Program-made: the position numbers and the translations under genes
In this document: one piece after another, positions 47,104 to 56,776 of the stretch
Layout: each line of letters starts with the position of its first letter
Position numbering within the stretch: the first letter of the stretch is position 1
Notes under the pieces: model-generated
The model's database searches: none
Seen by the model: only the letters and a program-made list of their open reading frames with translations
Told to the model about the DNA's origin: nothing
IMG/VR virus record: IMGVR_UViG_3300033156_000215
Location: 6,723-70,722 of that record
DNA from: a virus
Direction: 5' to 3' (one strand)
DNA: 64,000 nt

Positions 47104-47133
47104 ATTATAGTAAAGACAACATACCCGTTCCAA
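47104..47133 (-). promoter_or_regulatory. Leftward promoter for the replication arm
   Basis: TTGGAA-18-TATAAT, about 25 nt upstream of ATG 47079. Confidence 0.55.
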
Positions 47134-47157
47134 AAAATTAAGGAGTAGACTGATACC

Positions 47158-47610
47158 ATGCAAAGTGAGAACATTGGCAAAGAATACTTGACCTCAATAC
47201 TGAATAATAGAGACAGAGATAAGGCCAAAAAACTGCTCAACGATCCTAAAGAATTATATTCGCTAAAAGAGACAATAGTGAATCTGAAAATCCTGGAAGC
47301 TAAGGTGACTGCTTACCTGTCGCAGCAGGAAGAGCTTGACCCTGAGCTTCTGAAACAATTATTGTCCATCGAAACCACGCTTGTCAAATCGGTTAGTTCT
47401 GCAATTGAAACTGAGACTAAGCTAGGCAAGCTTGTAAGCATCGAGGAGTTATCCAGCTACACAGAGATATTCGTGCAGTATCTTATCAAGTATATCGAGG
47501 ACGAAGCTGAGCGTAGACGATTGCTCGCTGAGTTAGAATATAAAGTCAGTAACATGGGGCAAGAAGATTCTGAGACCGTTGACTCTGAGTTTAGACTGTT
47601 AGAGTCTTAA
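47158..47610 (+). CDS. Helical protein, possible terminase small subunit
   Basis: RBS AAGGAG; DP..L.SL.E.I..L...coiled coil...VSIEE...I.D...R..L pattern reminiscent of TerS oligomerisation domains. Confidence 0.5.
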   Translation: MQSENIGKEYLTSILNNRDRDKAKKLLNDPKELYSLKETIVNLKILEAKVTAYLSQQEELDPELLKQLLSIETTLVKSVSSAIETETKLGKLVSIEELSSYTEIFVQYLIKYIEDEAERRRLLAELEYKVSNMGQEDSETVDSEFRLLES

Positions 47611-47700
47611 TAAATATTAATATTAATTCTTAATACCAGGTGTCTGTAGTTTTTCCAAGTCTCAAAAAAATTCTTATTCCGGAGAAATTATATGACGAAG

Positions 47701-47728
47701 AAAGGGCCGCTCTTGGCGGCCCCTTTTT
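47701..47728 (+). terminator. Intrinsic terminator (possibly bidirectional)
   Basis: AAAGGGCCGC-TCTTG-GCGGCCCCTTTTT. Confidence 0.75.
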
Positions 47729-47927
47729 AATATATAGGAATTTAATTGGTTGTGTACTAAGCTATGTTTCCTAACCTTGACCGTTTACTACAGTTACCTC
47801 CTAGCTGAAAATCTGTGCGTCTAGTCATTTTTTCATCCTATGTCTCGGCGTCATATAACCTATCCGTAGTATTTATATCACAATTGGCCTGGACTGGCAA
47901 ATTCTGTATGCGTTATCTAGTTGCAAC

Positions 47928-48019
47928 TAAAAGGGAATGCGAGCGGATCTCTCCACTCGCATAGGGTGCTTGGAGCCACACCTTTCTCCGAACTTCTTTG
48001 GATTGTTCTCATTATACCA
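47928..48019 (-). ncRNA. Candidate small RNA (promoter plus GNRA-capped hairpin)
   Basis: TGGTATAAT 48019-48011; 11-bp stem 47937-47962 with GAGA loop on the minus strand, followed by TCCCTTTT. Confidence 0.4.
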
Positions 48020-48267
48020 TGAAGCATTAAGAATCGTTCTGTAGTCTTTATACCACGAGTTACTCGGATACGCAAATAACGGATAGTTTATATGACGAAA
48101 GAGTGATCTGGACTTGAGCTTGCTAGCAACTACTTTCGTGTTAGGAATGAGAAAGCCATCTCAATTTTGCTGTTTCACAGAACGTCATATAACTTATCCG
48201 TATCTTGGGTTAACCCGCCCAGCTAAGTCCGACCAACTGGCGGGCTATTTCGGAAATAGGTCGAAAC

Positions 48268-48296
48268 TTGACAACGGCACCGCTATATGGTATAAT
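48268..48296 (+). promoter_or_regulatory. Consensus sigma70 promoter driving the right arm
   Basis: TTGACA-17-TATAAT with extended -10 TG. Confidence 0.9.
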
Positions 48297-48364
48297 CAAG
48301 GCAGAATGGACAGATTGAGAATGTCCAAAGTTAAACGAAGAATAAACCAAAAATACTGGAAAAA

Positions 48365-48415
48365 TAAAGGCCAGGTCAGGGAAACTTTTGTTTCTTTTGG
48401 CCTGGCTTTTGTTTT
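48365..48415 (+). terminator. Terminator-like hairpin in the 5' leader
   Basis: GCCAGGTCAGGGAAAC-TTTT-GTTTCTTTTGGCCTGGC followed by TTTTGTTTT, before the first RBS. Confidence 0.55.
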
Positions 48416-48433
48416 AACTAAAAGGAGAGAAAA

Positions 48434-48817
48434 ATGAGAGATAAACTTATCCGAAGAAAAGAAAACTACTTGTGCTTTGTGTCTAATAACAAGATCTATT
48501 TTATACATGCACGGTTAGGTGCATGGGAAATAGATATGCCTAGAAAGACAAGCAAGAATCCTAGGTACTGGATTCTTGATACTAAAGAATTCGATACTCG
48601 TGATCTATATGAAGCTGTTCCCATAAAAGACGAGAATAAGTACTATTGTTCCCTTGTTTTCCCTACGTTCAAAAATAACGTAGGAACACAAGGGATTTAT
48701 TTTCAGCGTGCAGGGTCAATATGGGAAATAAAACCCAACCTTGACTTTACGCCAGAGGATCGTTTAGAATTAATAACAGTACATTCTTCTCTTACTAGGC
48801 AATTATCGTTTGCCTAG
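48434..48817 (+). CDS. Hypothetical early protein
   Basis: RBS AAGGAG; first ORF after the strong promoter. Confidence 0.7.
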   Translation: MRDKLIRRKENYLCFVSNNKIYFIHARLGAWEIDMPRKTSKNPRYWILDTKEFDTRDLYEAVPIKDENKYYCSLVFPTFKNNVGTQGIYFQRAGSIWEIKPNLDFTPEDRLELITVHSSLTRQLSFA

Positions 48818-48843
48818 TTAGATAAAATAAACTTAGGCTATTC

Positions 48844-48900
48844 TAGGTTTACTGCGGCAACTAAAATGAAGGTTGCCGTGGTAAGCCTATTCCCTTTTTT
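48844..48900 (+). terminator. 19-bp stem-loop (terminator or RNase III-type processing site)
   Basis: TAGGTTTACTGCGGCAACT pairs with GGTTGCCGTGGTAAGCCTA (with G-U pairs), then TTCCCTTTTTT. Confidence 0.6.
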
Positions 48901-48956
48901 ATGAGGGAAATAAAGATAGCAAAAAACCAAACCAAACCAATTTAAGGAGTAAAGAG

Positions 48957-49997
48957 ATGAGACCGAAGGACGTGAAAAACCTGCTGAAGAGTCTTTATCC
49001 AGACGGGCCGTGTGTTTTCTTAATCGGGGCATCGGGTGTTGGTAAGTCAGAAATTGTGAAACAAGTAGCTGATGAACTAGGTGTAGGATTTTGTGTTCTT
49101 GACATGATTCTCCAAGACGAGGTAGTGATGCATGGTATTCCAGATCTTAACCAAGATTGGTTAGAATGGAAACCATCAAAGGAGATTCCTTTCGAAGGAA
49201 ATGATGCGTTCCCTGAAAATGGTATTTTGTTCCTCGACGAGTTTAATTGTGCTCGTAGAGGATTACAAACTCTCGGCTACCAGCTTGCACTTGAAAGAAG
49301 AATAGGCAGCCATCGTCTGAAGAAAGGTTGGTATCCTGTTTTTGCAGGGAATAGGGTACAGGATCAAGGAGAAATTTTTGATGTTCCTGGCCCCCTGAAG
49401 AACAGGGTTCTTAAAGTTGACTTCACGGTCAACTTGCAAGACTGGCTGCAATATGCGATTAGCCACGATGTATCCGATGAGATTATTGGATACATCATGT
49501 GGTCAGCTCAGGGCATCGAAGAAGGTGTTGATGTCTTGGGCAATCTTATCAATCTGGAGTTGGCTGATAAAGATTGGAATTGGCCAACTCCGAGAGCTTG
49601 GGCAAGAAATGTTGATTTCTTGCTCAAGAAAGGTATTCGTAGTTTGGAGGCAATTGCTGGCTGCATTGGACAAGTTGCAGCCAGTGAATTTCTAGGTTAC
49701 TTAGAAGTTGTTTCTAAGTTACCTAAAGTTGAGGATTTCTTGGCAGGTAAGGCTGAATTCCCAGCCGAACCACATCTGCAATATGCTCTGATTGCTAGCA
49801 TGATTAAATATGCTAGTAATCAAGAACGTATTGACAAGGTTCTTTTGCGTGTCACTCAAGGTGATATCCCTGAAGAGTATGCTGCTATGTTAATTCAGCA
49901 GATATGTTCTACGCATACTGCTGAATTCTTCGCCTCGCCTTACCAGATGGATGCTCTGGCTAAGGCGGGAGAAATCTTCATCGAGGAGGAAGACTAG
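48957..49997 (+). CDS. MoxR-like AAA+ ATPase
   Basis: GASGVGKS, GILFLDEFN, AGN, L.NR, PTPRAW. Confidence 0.92.
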   Translation: MRPKDVKNLLKSLYPDGPCVFLIGASGVGKSEIVKQVADELGVGFCVLDMILQDEVVMHGIPDLNQDWLEWKPSKEIPFEGNDAFPENGILFLDEFNCARRGLQTLGYQLALERRIGSHRLKKGWYPVFAGNRVQDQGEIFDVPGPLKNRVLKVDFTVNLQDWLQYAISHDVSDEIIGYIMWSAQGIEEGVDVLGNLINLELADKDWNWPTPRAWARNVDFLLKKGIRSLEAIAGCIGQVAASEFLGYLEVVSKLPKVEDFLAGKAEFPAEPHLQYALIASMIKYASNQERIDKVLLRVTQGDIPEEYAAMLIQQICSTHTAEFFASPYQMDALAKAGEIFIEEED

Positions 49998-49998
49998 G

Positions 49999-51177
49999 AT
50001 GGACGAACAAAAGCTTTTTCGTAAGTTTCGCTCAGTAAGAGCGGAACTTATGTTGGAGAATCAGATGTTTGGGGCCGTAGTTATGCAGCTACGGCCCCAA
50101 CTAGAACTAACCGATGAAGAATTTGTAGCATCGGTTAGTGGGGATGGAAAGTTGTCGTTAGGCAAGAGATTCTTTGAGTTTACAAAAGAGGAACAAAAAG
50201 GAATCCTTGCCCATGAAGTTCTTCATGTTGCTCTTTCTCACCTTGATAGGATGGGAAAAAGCAATATGGAGTTGTGGAACATTGCAGCGGATCTTGTAGT
50301 TAATGATTTGCTGTTGAGTTCCAATTTCCAACTCCCAAAAGAAGGACTTTTTGATAGAGATTTATCAAGAAGTCCTGAAGGGAAGTTATTAAGCGTAGAA
50401 AAAGTTTACAAGACCTTGACTGATAAAGTAAAACAGTTTCAGCAAGGTCAAGGTAACAGTAATCAACAGCAAAATTCTGATGGTTCATCTGGTGATGGTT
50501 TTGACCAGATGAGTCAAAAAAGGTTCGATAAGCATATCCCTGGAAAAGGGGAATCTTCCTCTTTTTCAGAAACAATCAAGAGGATTGTATCGGGCTTTTC
50601 TAGTATGCCTGGCACAATGCCAGGTGAAATGCAAGAGTATCTGAAGGAAAGTCTTGCGCCAAAGCTAGATTGGCGTGAGCTTCTCCGACGTTATCTTCAG
50701 AAAGTAACTGAGGATAACGTAAACTGGAGAAAGAGAAAAGAGTTCCTTAGAAACTTTGGTTATTTCCCGACACTAGAAACAGAGGATAAAGTAAATGTTA
50801 TCTTCTGTATAGACGTATCGGGAAGCATATCTCCAGAGGATTTACAGAAGTTCTATTCTGAAATCCTCGGAGTTATCAGAGCTGTACAATTGTCCAAAGT
50901 TACAGTTGTACAGTTTGATACTGAAATAACAAACGTAGAAGAAATTAGTTCTAGTTCTTCCCTGCAAGAAATAAAAATTGTAGGGAGAGGTGGAACTGAC
51001 TTTGCTTGTCTGGAAAATATTTCAGACAAGATTAGCAAGAAAGCGGACGTGGTTATTCTCATGTCCGATTTCTACGCTAATAGTCTTGATACTTACATCG
51101 CTGACGAAATGATCTATTTAGTAGTAGATAATGATGATTTCGATAGCGGTGTGTACAAGACAATACATTTAGATTAA
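49999..51177 (+). CDS. HExxH metallopeptidase-like plus vWA domain protein (DUF2201-like)
   Basis: LAHEVLH...H..R, WNIAADLVVN, LDWRELL, IDVSGSI (MIDAS), GRGGTDF, SD. Confidence 0.92.
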   Translation: MDEQKLFRKFRSVRAELMLENQMFGAVVMQLRPQLELTDEEFVASVSGDGKLSLGKRFFEFTKEEQKGILAHEVLHVALSHLDRMGKSNMELWNIAADLVVNDLLLSSNFQLPKEGLFDRDLSRSPEGKLLSVEKVYKTLTDKVKQFQQGQGNSNQQQNSDGSSGDGFDQMSQKRFDKHIPGKGESSSFSETIKRIVSGFSSMPGTMPGEMQEYLKESLAPKLDWRELLRRYLQKVTEDNVNWRKRKEFLRNFGYFPTLETEDKVNVIFCIDVSGSISPEDLQKFYSEILGVIRAVQLSKVTVVQFDTEITNVEEISSSSSLQEIKIVGRGGTDFACLENISDKISKKADVVILMSDFYANSLDTYIADEMIYLVVDNDDFDSGVYKTIHLD

Positions 51178-52012
51178 TCTGAAGGAAGGTGATACATGTC
51201 GATTGAACCAATCTTGACGGTGAAGAACAAGAGAATAATCATTATCCATCCAAAAGAGTCGCTGAGAGTAGACATATTAGAAGAATTCCAAGATAAAGCT
51301 GCTTCTTATCTTGGTAAACTTAGAGAATGCACTGCTATTAAGGTACCTTACTTGTCTGACTTGTCAGATGTTGTTCTCGTAGATGATAGTATTGCCTATT
51401 TCGAAAAAGTAGGTAATACTATCGTAGATAAGCAAGGAAACATAGCAGGCTTGCTCGTTAATCAAACTCGTGAAGTAGTTTCTACTATAGACAATGACGA
51501 TGCAGCCGATCAGCTGTTTGACATTGTTTACGAGTTTAAGTATACATTACGTAATATTGATAATGCTCCAAAAGATATGAAGTTGGAGCAAGTATTGGGA
51601 TGTACAAAGACGAATCCTGTCGTACAGACTAATTTAGGTCTGTACGTAAATTACATGCTGTTTGACAATTCTCTGAAGAACTTGATTCTTTCTCCTTTTT
51701 TCAAGAAGCTCGATTTCTACCTTTTCCCTGTATTTGCATTAGGAAAAGAAGTAGAAATTTCTGAAGAGGAAGATGCCCTCTTTAATTGCAACAAAGTGAT
51801 GTTCAAAGAAATTCACACTTTGTTGCAAGCTTTGGAAGAGAAAAGAGAGGTAATAGTCAAAGTTTACAACAAAGCAGGAGTTTTAATAAACAGAGAATTA
51901 ATCTATACAAGGATAAGACCCAGTAGGGTTATTCATCCTACTTTTCTCTCTAGCTTTGGCCCTACATGGGTTCACTATCTAATTAGATGAACAAGACGAT
52001 ACATTTAGATTA
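51155..52012 (+). repeat. 22-bp direct repeat flanking the first array gene
   Basis: ACAAGACAATACATTTAGATTA 51155-51176 and ACAAGACGATACATTTAGATTA 51991-52012. Confidence 0.8.
51196..51990 (+). CDS. Paralog array member 1 (subgroup A)
   Basis: L.DL.D.VL.D...EKVGN.I, T..GLY.N..F, LSP.F.K..FYLFPVFALG, LIYT.I.P. Confidence 0.85.
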   Translation: MSIEPILTVKNKRIIIIHPKESLRVDILEEFQDKAASYLGKLRECTAIKVPYLSDLSDVVLVDDSIAYFEKVGNTIVDKQGNIAGLLVNQTREVVSTIDNDDAADQLFDIVYEFKYTLRNIDNAPKDMKLEQVLGCTKTNPVVQTNLGLYVNYMLFDNSLKNLILSPFFKKLDFYLFPVFALGKEVEISEEEDALFNCNKVMFKEIHTLLQALEEKREVIVKVYNKAGVLINRELIYTRIRPSRVIHPTFLSSFGPTWVHYLIR

Positions 52013-52022
52013 GGAGGAAACA

Positions 52023-52823
52023 ATGAGAGATCTGGTAATTCAGAACGGACGTATTCTTGTTAAAGGTAAAAATAACTATATAGATCTCTTCGAATCCTAT
52101 GGGGAGCATGCTTGGCAAAAGTTAAGACTTGTAAAGCATACTTCTGGAGAAAGTTTGCCAAGGCTTAATGATATCAAAGATCTGGTATTGGTAGACTACG
52201 ATGACGTCTTCTACGAAAAAGTAGGAAACAAGATAATGAATAAGTACGGTGAAACTGTAGGCATTATTCAGGATAACCGTGCTTTTGTTTTTCTCTTTGA
52301 CAGACCAGAGGAAAGGCATATTTCAGATGCATTAGCTTTCTTCAAAGTTGATGCAATCACTATAGGAGTAACGAAAAAGGTACATCCTATAGAAATAGTG
52401 GGAATGCAGAAAGATCTAAGCAGGCCGATAATAAGGACAGACTACGGCTTGTATATAAATAAAATGTTCTTTGATGAAAAGTGGGAGAGTACTCTATGCT
52501 CTCCCATTTTCCAGAGGTTTGAATTTTATCTCTTTCCTGTAATTGCTTTAGGTGAAGAGGTTGATATCTCTGACAATGAGGAACGACTTTTTTATAACGC
52601 TAGGTTGAGATTGAGCGTGCTGGAATCCTTGATTAAAGCTTTTGAAAATGGAAAAGAAGTTATTGGTAGGTTGCACTGGAAGAGCTATGATCCTTTAGTT
52701 CTTGATGAGCATTATCGAAAACTGATTTACACGAAAATAAAACCTAGGCTTGAAGTCGAAGTTCTTTACGAAGGTATTGTGTCTACGTGGTATTTAGAAT
52801 ACTATATAAAAGATGAATTCTAG
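52023..52823 (+). CDS. Paralog array member 2 (subgroup A)
   Basis: Same motifs as member 1. Confidence 0.85.
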   Translation: MRDLVIQNGRILVKGKNNYIDLFESYGEHAWQKLRLVKHTSGESLPRLNDIKDLVLVDYDDVFYEKVGNKIMNKYGETVGIIQDNRAFVFLFDRPEERHISDALAFFKVDAITIGVTKKVHPIEIVGMQKDLSRPIIRTDYGLYINKMFFDEKWESTLCSPIFQRFEFYLFPVIALGEEVDISDNEERLFYNARLRLSVLESLIKAFENGKEVIGRLHWKSYDPLVLDEHYRKLIYTKIKPRLEVEVLYEGIVSTWYLEYYIKDEF

Positions 52824-52917
52824 TCAAATTGGCCCCGCTCCTTTGCTTTATCTAATCAAAGAGTATAAGTTGTCTAATAAGACAGCAGAAAAAGACGAGA
52901 AGGAGACAGATTAAACA

Positions 52918-53697
52918 ATGGCTATGTGGGAAGTAATAAACGAAAGGTTGTATGTCAAGGATCCAGAAACTGGACACAAGTCTGATGAAGCTAAAAAAGA
53001 TAAGCCTTTCGACGATCTCAATTTCTGGCTTCCTGTCTACGGATATGAGAAAATAACTTATGATTCCCTGCCAGAAAAGGTTGTCCTGTTAGATCGTGAT
53101 GGACAGTTCTTTAAGAAAAACGGAGAGTATATTGAGAATCGAGAAGGAAAGAAGATTGCTTGTCGTATCGGTGATTTACATTTTAGCTTTCTAACTGATG
53201 ATTGGGACGAAATAAGGTTAGGCTCAATCCTAAGAAGATTGAAGGGCTTGCTATATAACATCAGAAATGCACCTGAAGATCTTGAGATTTATAGACTAGT
53301 TGGAAAAGAACGGTCGTACAAATTAATAGAGACCAACAAGGGAATCTTTGTAAACCGTTATCTCGTTGATTCTGAACATCTAAAGTTGCTACAGTCTCCG
53401 ATATTAGATAAGGTTGAGTTTTTTGAATTTCCTTTGTTTGTTAGCACAAGCGAAGGAAAGGTTTTCGAAGATCCACCAAAAGAATTGCAGCAATCTCATA
53501 ACTTTATCAAGACAGTTTATGAATTTATAGACGCTTTAGAAAGTGGTCACAAGGTATATGTTTATTTAGGCTCAAGAAAGAAAAAACCTTTGGTATTGCG
53601 AAGGATAACATATACTGGAATAAAGTTGAACGGAACGATACCTGATATGTCGAAAAAAGTTATTGATCCTGTATATTTCGTTTATCTTATTGAGTAG
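52918..53697 (+). CDS. Paralog array member 3 (subgroup A)
   Basis: LP..V.L.D..G.F.K.G..I, T.KGIF.N, SPIL.K..F..FP, YTGIK. Confidence 0.85.
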   Translation: MAMWEVINERLYVKDPETGHKSDEAKKDKPFDDLNFWLPVYGYEKITYDSLPEKVVLLDRDGQFFKKNGEYIENREGKKIACRIGDLHFSFLTDDWDEIRLGSILRRLKGLLYNIRNAPEDLEIYRLVGKERSYKLIETNKGIFVNRYLVDSEHLKLLQSPILDKVEFFEFPLFVSTSEGKVFEDPPKELQQSHNFIKTVYEFIDALESGHKVYVYLGSRKKKPLVLRRITYTGIKLNGTIPDMSKKVIDPVYFVYLIE

Positions 53698-53717
53698 TAA
53701 AGAAGGGGAATATCCGA

Positions 53718-54521
53718 ATGAACAATTCAAGATATTTTGTGGAGGATGGAAGACTTAAAAGCGTAAATCCCTGGGACGGAAAGATTGTAGATGTGCTGAG
53801 ACATAGTAACAGAAAACCTTACATATATTTCGCATCCGTCTCAAACAGAACAGGCGAAGATCCACCTTACTTTTTCGATTTACCTGACTTTGTTATCTAT
53901 GAAGACGGAGTCAGAATTTTTAAGAAGATGGGAAACAATATTGTAGATAGGAAAGAGAATGTGATAGCACTAGGCGATCGTGATCTAGGCGCTGCCTATT
54001 GCATAGTAGAAACTAAAATCGGAACCACAATCCTCGACGATACTTTGTCTGCACTTGGAGTTGATCTTAATTGCTTGTACTCAGTAGAGAAAATAAAGCT
54101 GGAGAAGATTTTGGGTTACTATGGAAGATACTTTCCAATACTCCAGACAGATCATGGGATTTTTGCAGATCAATTGTTCTTCGACAACTCTCTAAAAGAG
54201 ATAATCTGTTCTCCAATGCTGAACAAGACAGACTTTGTGATTTTCCCTGTCTTTGCTTTAGGAAAAGAGTATTCGTTAACAAAAGAAGAAGAAAAGAAGC
54301 TTACTTGTCAGAGAGTGACAGGTAAATTTATTTACAGTCTAATTGAGTTTTGTAAGCAGAACGATTCAAAGATTTTGGTACAAAGATGGAATACCTTGCA
54401 GATGGACTGTATATATCGAGAATTGGTTTTTACTGGAATTGAACCAAAAGCTGAGTTACTCGATGCAGTCTTCAGTTCGTCTCCGAACGGCTATATTACT
54501 TTTGTAGTCGTAGACAGATAA
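53718..54521 (+). CDS. Paralog array member 4 (subgroup A)
   Basis: DLPD.V..D..F.K.GN.I.D, T..GIF...FD, SP.L.K..F.IFPVFALG, FTGIEP. Confidence 0.85.
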   Translation: MNNSRYFVEDGRLKSVNPWDGKIVDVLRHSNRKPYIYFASVSNRTGEDPPYFFDLPDFVIYEDGVRIFKKMGNNIVDRKENVIALGDRDLGAAYCIVETKIGTTILDDTLSALGVDLNCLYSVEKIKLEKILGYYGRYFPILQTDHGIFADQLFFDNSLKEIICSPMLNKTDFVIFPVFALGKEYSLTKEEEKKLTCQRVTGKFIYSLIEFCKQNDSKILVQRWNTLQMDCIYRELVFTGIEPKAELLDAVFSSSPNGYITFVVVDR

Positions 54522-54533
54522 TTAGGAGTAACG

Positions 54534-55625
54534 ATGAGATCAATACCATCTAGCGATAACAAGATGTATACGCTGCGTAGCTCAATGCTAGATATTATGG
54601 AACGAAAAGGAAACAGAATAAATCTAACTACGGTCATGCTTAACTATGGAAAAGTTGATAGCTATGGAAGAGTACTTTTCCCAGTCTTCAGCATAGATGT
54701 TGCTGAAGTAACTGAAGAAGAGAACAGAAGAATAATAACCTTTCTATCAGAACTATCTCCAGATATCCAGTCAGAACTATATGATTTCTTACGTATAGGA
54801 TTTTTTGAAGAAGTAAGGTATGGTTTAGAAATAGGAAATGTAAACCACGCAGCCTTGAAATCTAAATATAAGCCATTGCCAGATATAAGCTCTGTTGCAG
54901 ATAGTCATTTATTGCTGATTCTCAACGCTTGCCGTATAGAAAACAAAAACTTAGAAAAGATGGTTTTTGAGGAAAAACCTTTTACTGGAATAAATAAAAA
55001 TATATTAGTTTTGAGAGATGTCTTAGTAGGCATAATCTCAAAAGAAAGGTGTGTTTTCGATAATCACGCTACTCTTATCTACGATAAGATATGCGCTTGT
55101 CCTTTTATCTGGCATCTGACAGATTATTGTTCGAGCATTAGAGTTACACCCTTTCCTTATGAGATTCATGAAATAACATATGATAAGCCTCCTTCGATTT
55201 TGGATAAAGCGTATCTTACTTTTGATACAGCTGTACATTACGTTGACTCGGATTCAGACTTTGCTATAGATTTTGGTGATGTTGTCTTCACATCGAACTT
55301 CAGTTATTCAGGCAACGAGAGAAAGAAACTTGCCAATCCAGTGTTTATAAATTTACTAGCAAACCAAAAAACGTTTCTAGGGCCTTCGTTCATTCTGAAA
55401 GAGACGGATAAGAGTGCAAAAGAATTTAGTTGGAAAAGTGCAGACATTAGAAATTATAAATCTGGAATCAAGGCAGGTATAAATTATGCCTTGGCTGAGA
55501 AAGATGGAAAGATGTATTATTTTTCTGGAGGTGTAGTATATGAAATAATTCCGACTGGAGTTCAACCAAACAAAATAGAATTCAAGTTCGCAGAAGATTG
55601 TTATTACGTTATAGAGTGTGGCTAA
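54534..55625 (+). CDS. Paralog array member 5 (subgroup B)
   Basis: KPFTG, LANPVF..LL..Q.TFLGPSF.LK, YEIIPTGV. Confidence 0.85.
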   Translation: MRSIPSSDNKMYTLRSSMLDIMERKGNRINLTTVMLNYGKVDSYGRVLFPVFSIDVAEVTEEENRRIITFLSELSPDIQSELYDFLRIGFFEEVRYGLEIGNVNHAALKSKYKPLPDISSVADSHLLLILNACRIENKNLEKMVFEEKPFTGINKNILVLRDVLVGIISKERCVFDNHATLIYDKICACPFIWHLTDYCSSIRVTPFPYEIHEITYDKPPSILDKAYLTFDTAVHYVDSDSDFAIDFGDVVFTSNFSYSGNERKKLANPVFINLLANQKTFLGPSFILKETDKSAKEFSWKSADIRNYKSGIKAGINYALAEKDGKMYYFSGGVVYEIIPTGVQPNKIEFKFAEDCYYVIECG

Positions 55626-55648
55626 GAATAAAGATAAGAGGATAAAAC

Positions 55649-56731
55649 ATGGAGCTAATGCAACGAAACGGAAAACATCATTACTTGACCGATTCTTACT
55701 ACATGATTTACTTTACTGAAGGAAATCTGGTCAAAAGAATATCTTATGATTTGACGGAACCACACATGGACAATGAAGGTTTTATGCGGTTTCCTGCCGA
55801 AAGTCGTGTACTGGCTAAAACAAGCAGAGTAAATTATGGAAGAAAGATTCTAATGCCTCCGTGTAATTACGGAGATAAAGCAACGCAAAGACATTTAGCT
55901 CAAGTACTGAAATTATCTCCGTATGAATCGTTTGTACGGACTGAAAAATACGAGGATCTTTTTACACGTGAAGTAAGCAACGAAAAACTGAATCTAAAGA
56001 ATTTGAGTCTAGAAAAAACAGCCAAGGTATTAGTATCTATACGCTTGGATCGTATTACAGATCAGAAAAGGACTATTGTCTGCAAGAAGCCTTTTACTGG
56101 CGTTTACAATAACGTACTTATGATTGCTGATAAAATAATTGGAATTCTATATGGTAATTCTTTCTTTCTAGCTTATGGCATTTATCCGAAAGTAAAACTA
56201 GCAACAGAAGACGATCTATATCGTAGTTTTGTAAAAAGTGGGTACTACTGCAAAAAGATAATGCTGGCTGAATCGTTGATGGAGAACTATGAAAAGAGAA
56301 AACCGGTTCTAATAAACAAAAATTACTTAGGTACACGTATATACGGTAAGTCTCACTATAATCTTGATTACATGATTGAACTTAGTGACAAGATATACAC
56401 AGCTTTATTTAGCTATCCGAAATACGTAAAAGAAAGATTCAGCAATCCTTTGTTTGCCAAGCTACTTCAGAAACAAAAAGTTTTCCTTGGGCCTTCCTTT
56501 GTTCTCAAAGAAGTAGATCGGCCTTCAAAATTAAAATGGAAATATATAAAGCTTATAACGTTTGGATACGAATCCGCTATTTATGAAAGGTGTGGATCCC
56601 TAGCTAGAGATGGAGAAAAACTTTATTATGATAATGATACGGGTACTTATGAAGTGATAGCGACTGGAATAGAACCAAGGATATTTAAGATTCACGAAAA
56701 TGATTTTTGTTTTAGAGTCTATACTGGGTAA
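55649..56731 (+). CDS. Paralog array member 6 (subgroup B)
   Basis: KPFTG, SNPLFAKLL..Q..FLGPSF.LK, YEVIATGI. Confidence 0.85.
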   Translation: MELMQRNGKHHYLTDSYYMIYFTEGNLVKRISYDLTEPHMDNEGFMRFPAESRVLAKTSRVNYGRKILMPPCNYGDKATQRHLAQVLKLSPYESFVRTEKYEDLFTREVSNEKLNLKNLSLEKTAKVLVSIRLDRITDQKRTIVCKKPFTGVYNNVLMIADKIIGILYGNSFFLAYGIYPKVKLATEDDLYRSFVKSGYYCKKIMLAESLMENYEKRKPVLINKNYLGTRIYGKSHYNLDYMIELSDKIYTALFSYPKYVKERFSNPLFAKLLQKQKVFLGPSFVLKEVDRPSKLKWKYIKLITFGYESAIYERCGSLARDGEKLYYDNDTGTYEVIATGIEPRIFKIHENDFCFRVYTG

Positions 56732-56776
56732 GTCAGATCAAAACGTTAAGAATTTTAGAGTTGGAGAATAGTTAGG

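Larger units (their letters stand above)
47680..48200. repeat. Four copies of 18-bp motif CGTCATATAAnyTmTCCG arranged as two inverted pairs
   Basis: 47680-47697 (rev), 47849-47866 (fwd), 48080-48097 (rev), 48183-48200 (fwd). Confidence 0.85.

Noticed and set aside
47680-48200. Possible CRISPR mini-array or MITE
   Set aside because: Repeats are 18 bp, alternate in orientation and have 85-213 bp spacers. The interiors are unrelated, there is no transposase, and one pair is in-frame inside an intact gene. The nearby Cas4-like gene sits in a phage recombination module.
48114-48437. 107-aa plus-strand ORF
   Set aside because: It spans a repeat motif, the consensus promoter and leader hairpins, has a TTG start and no RBS.
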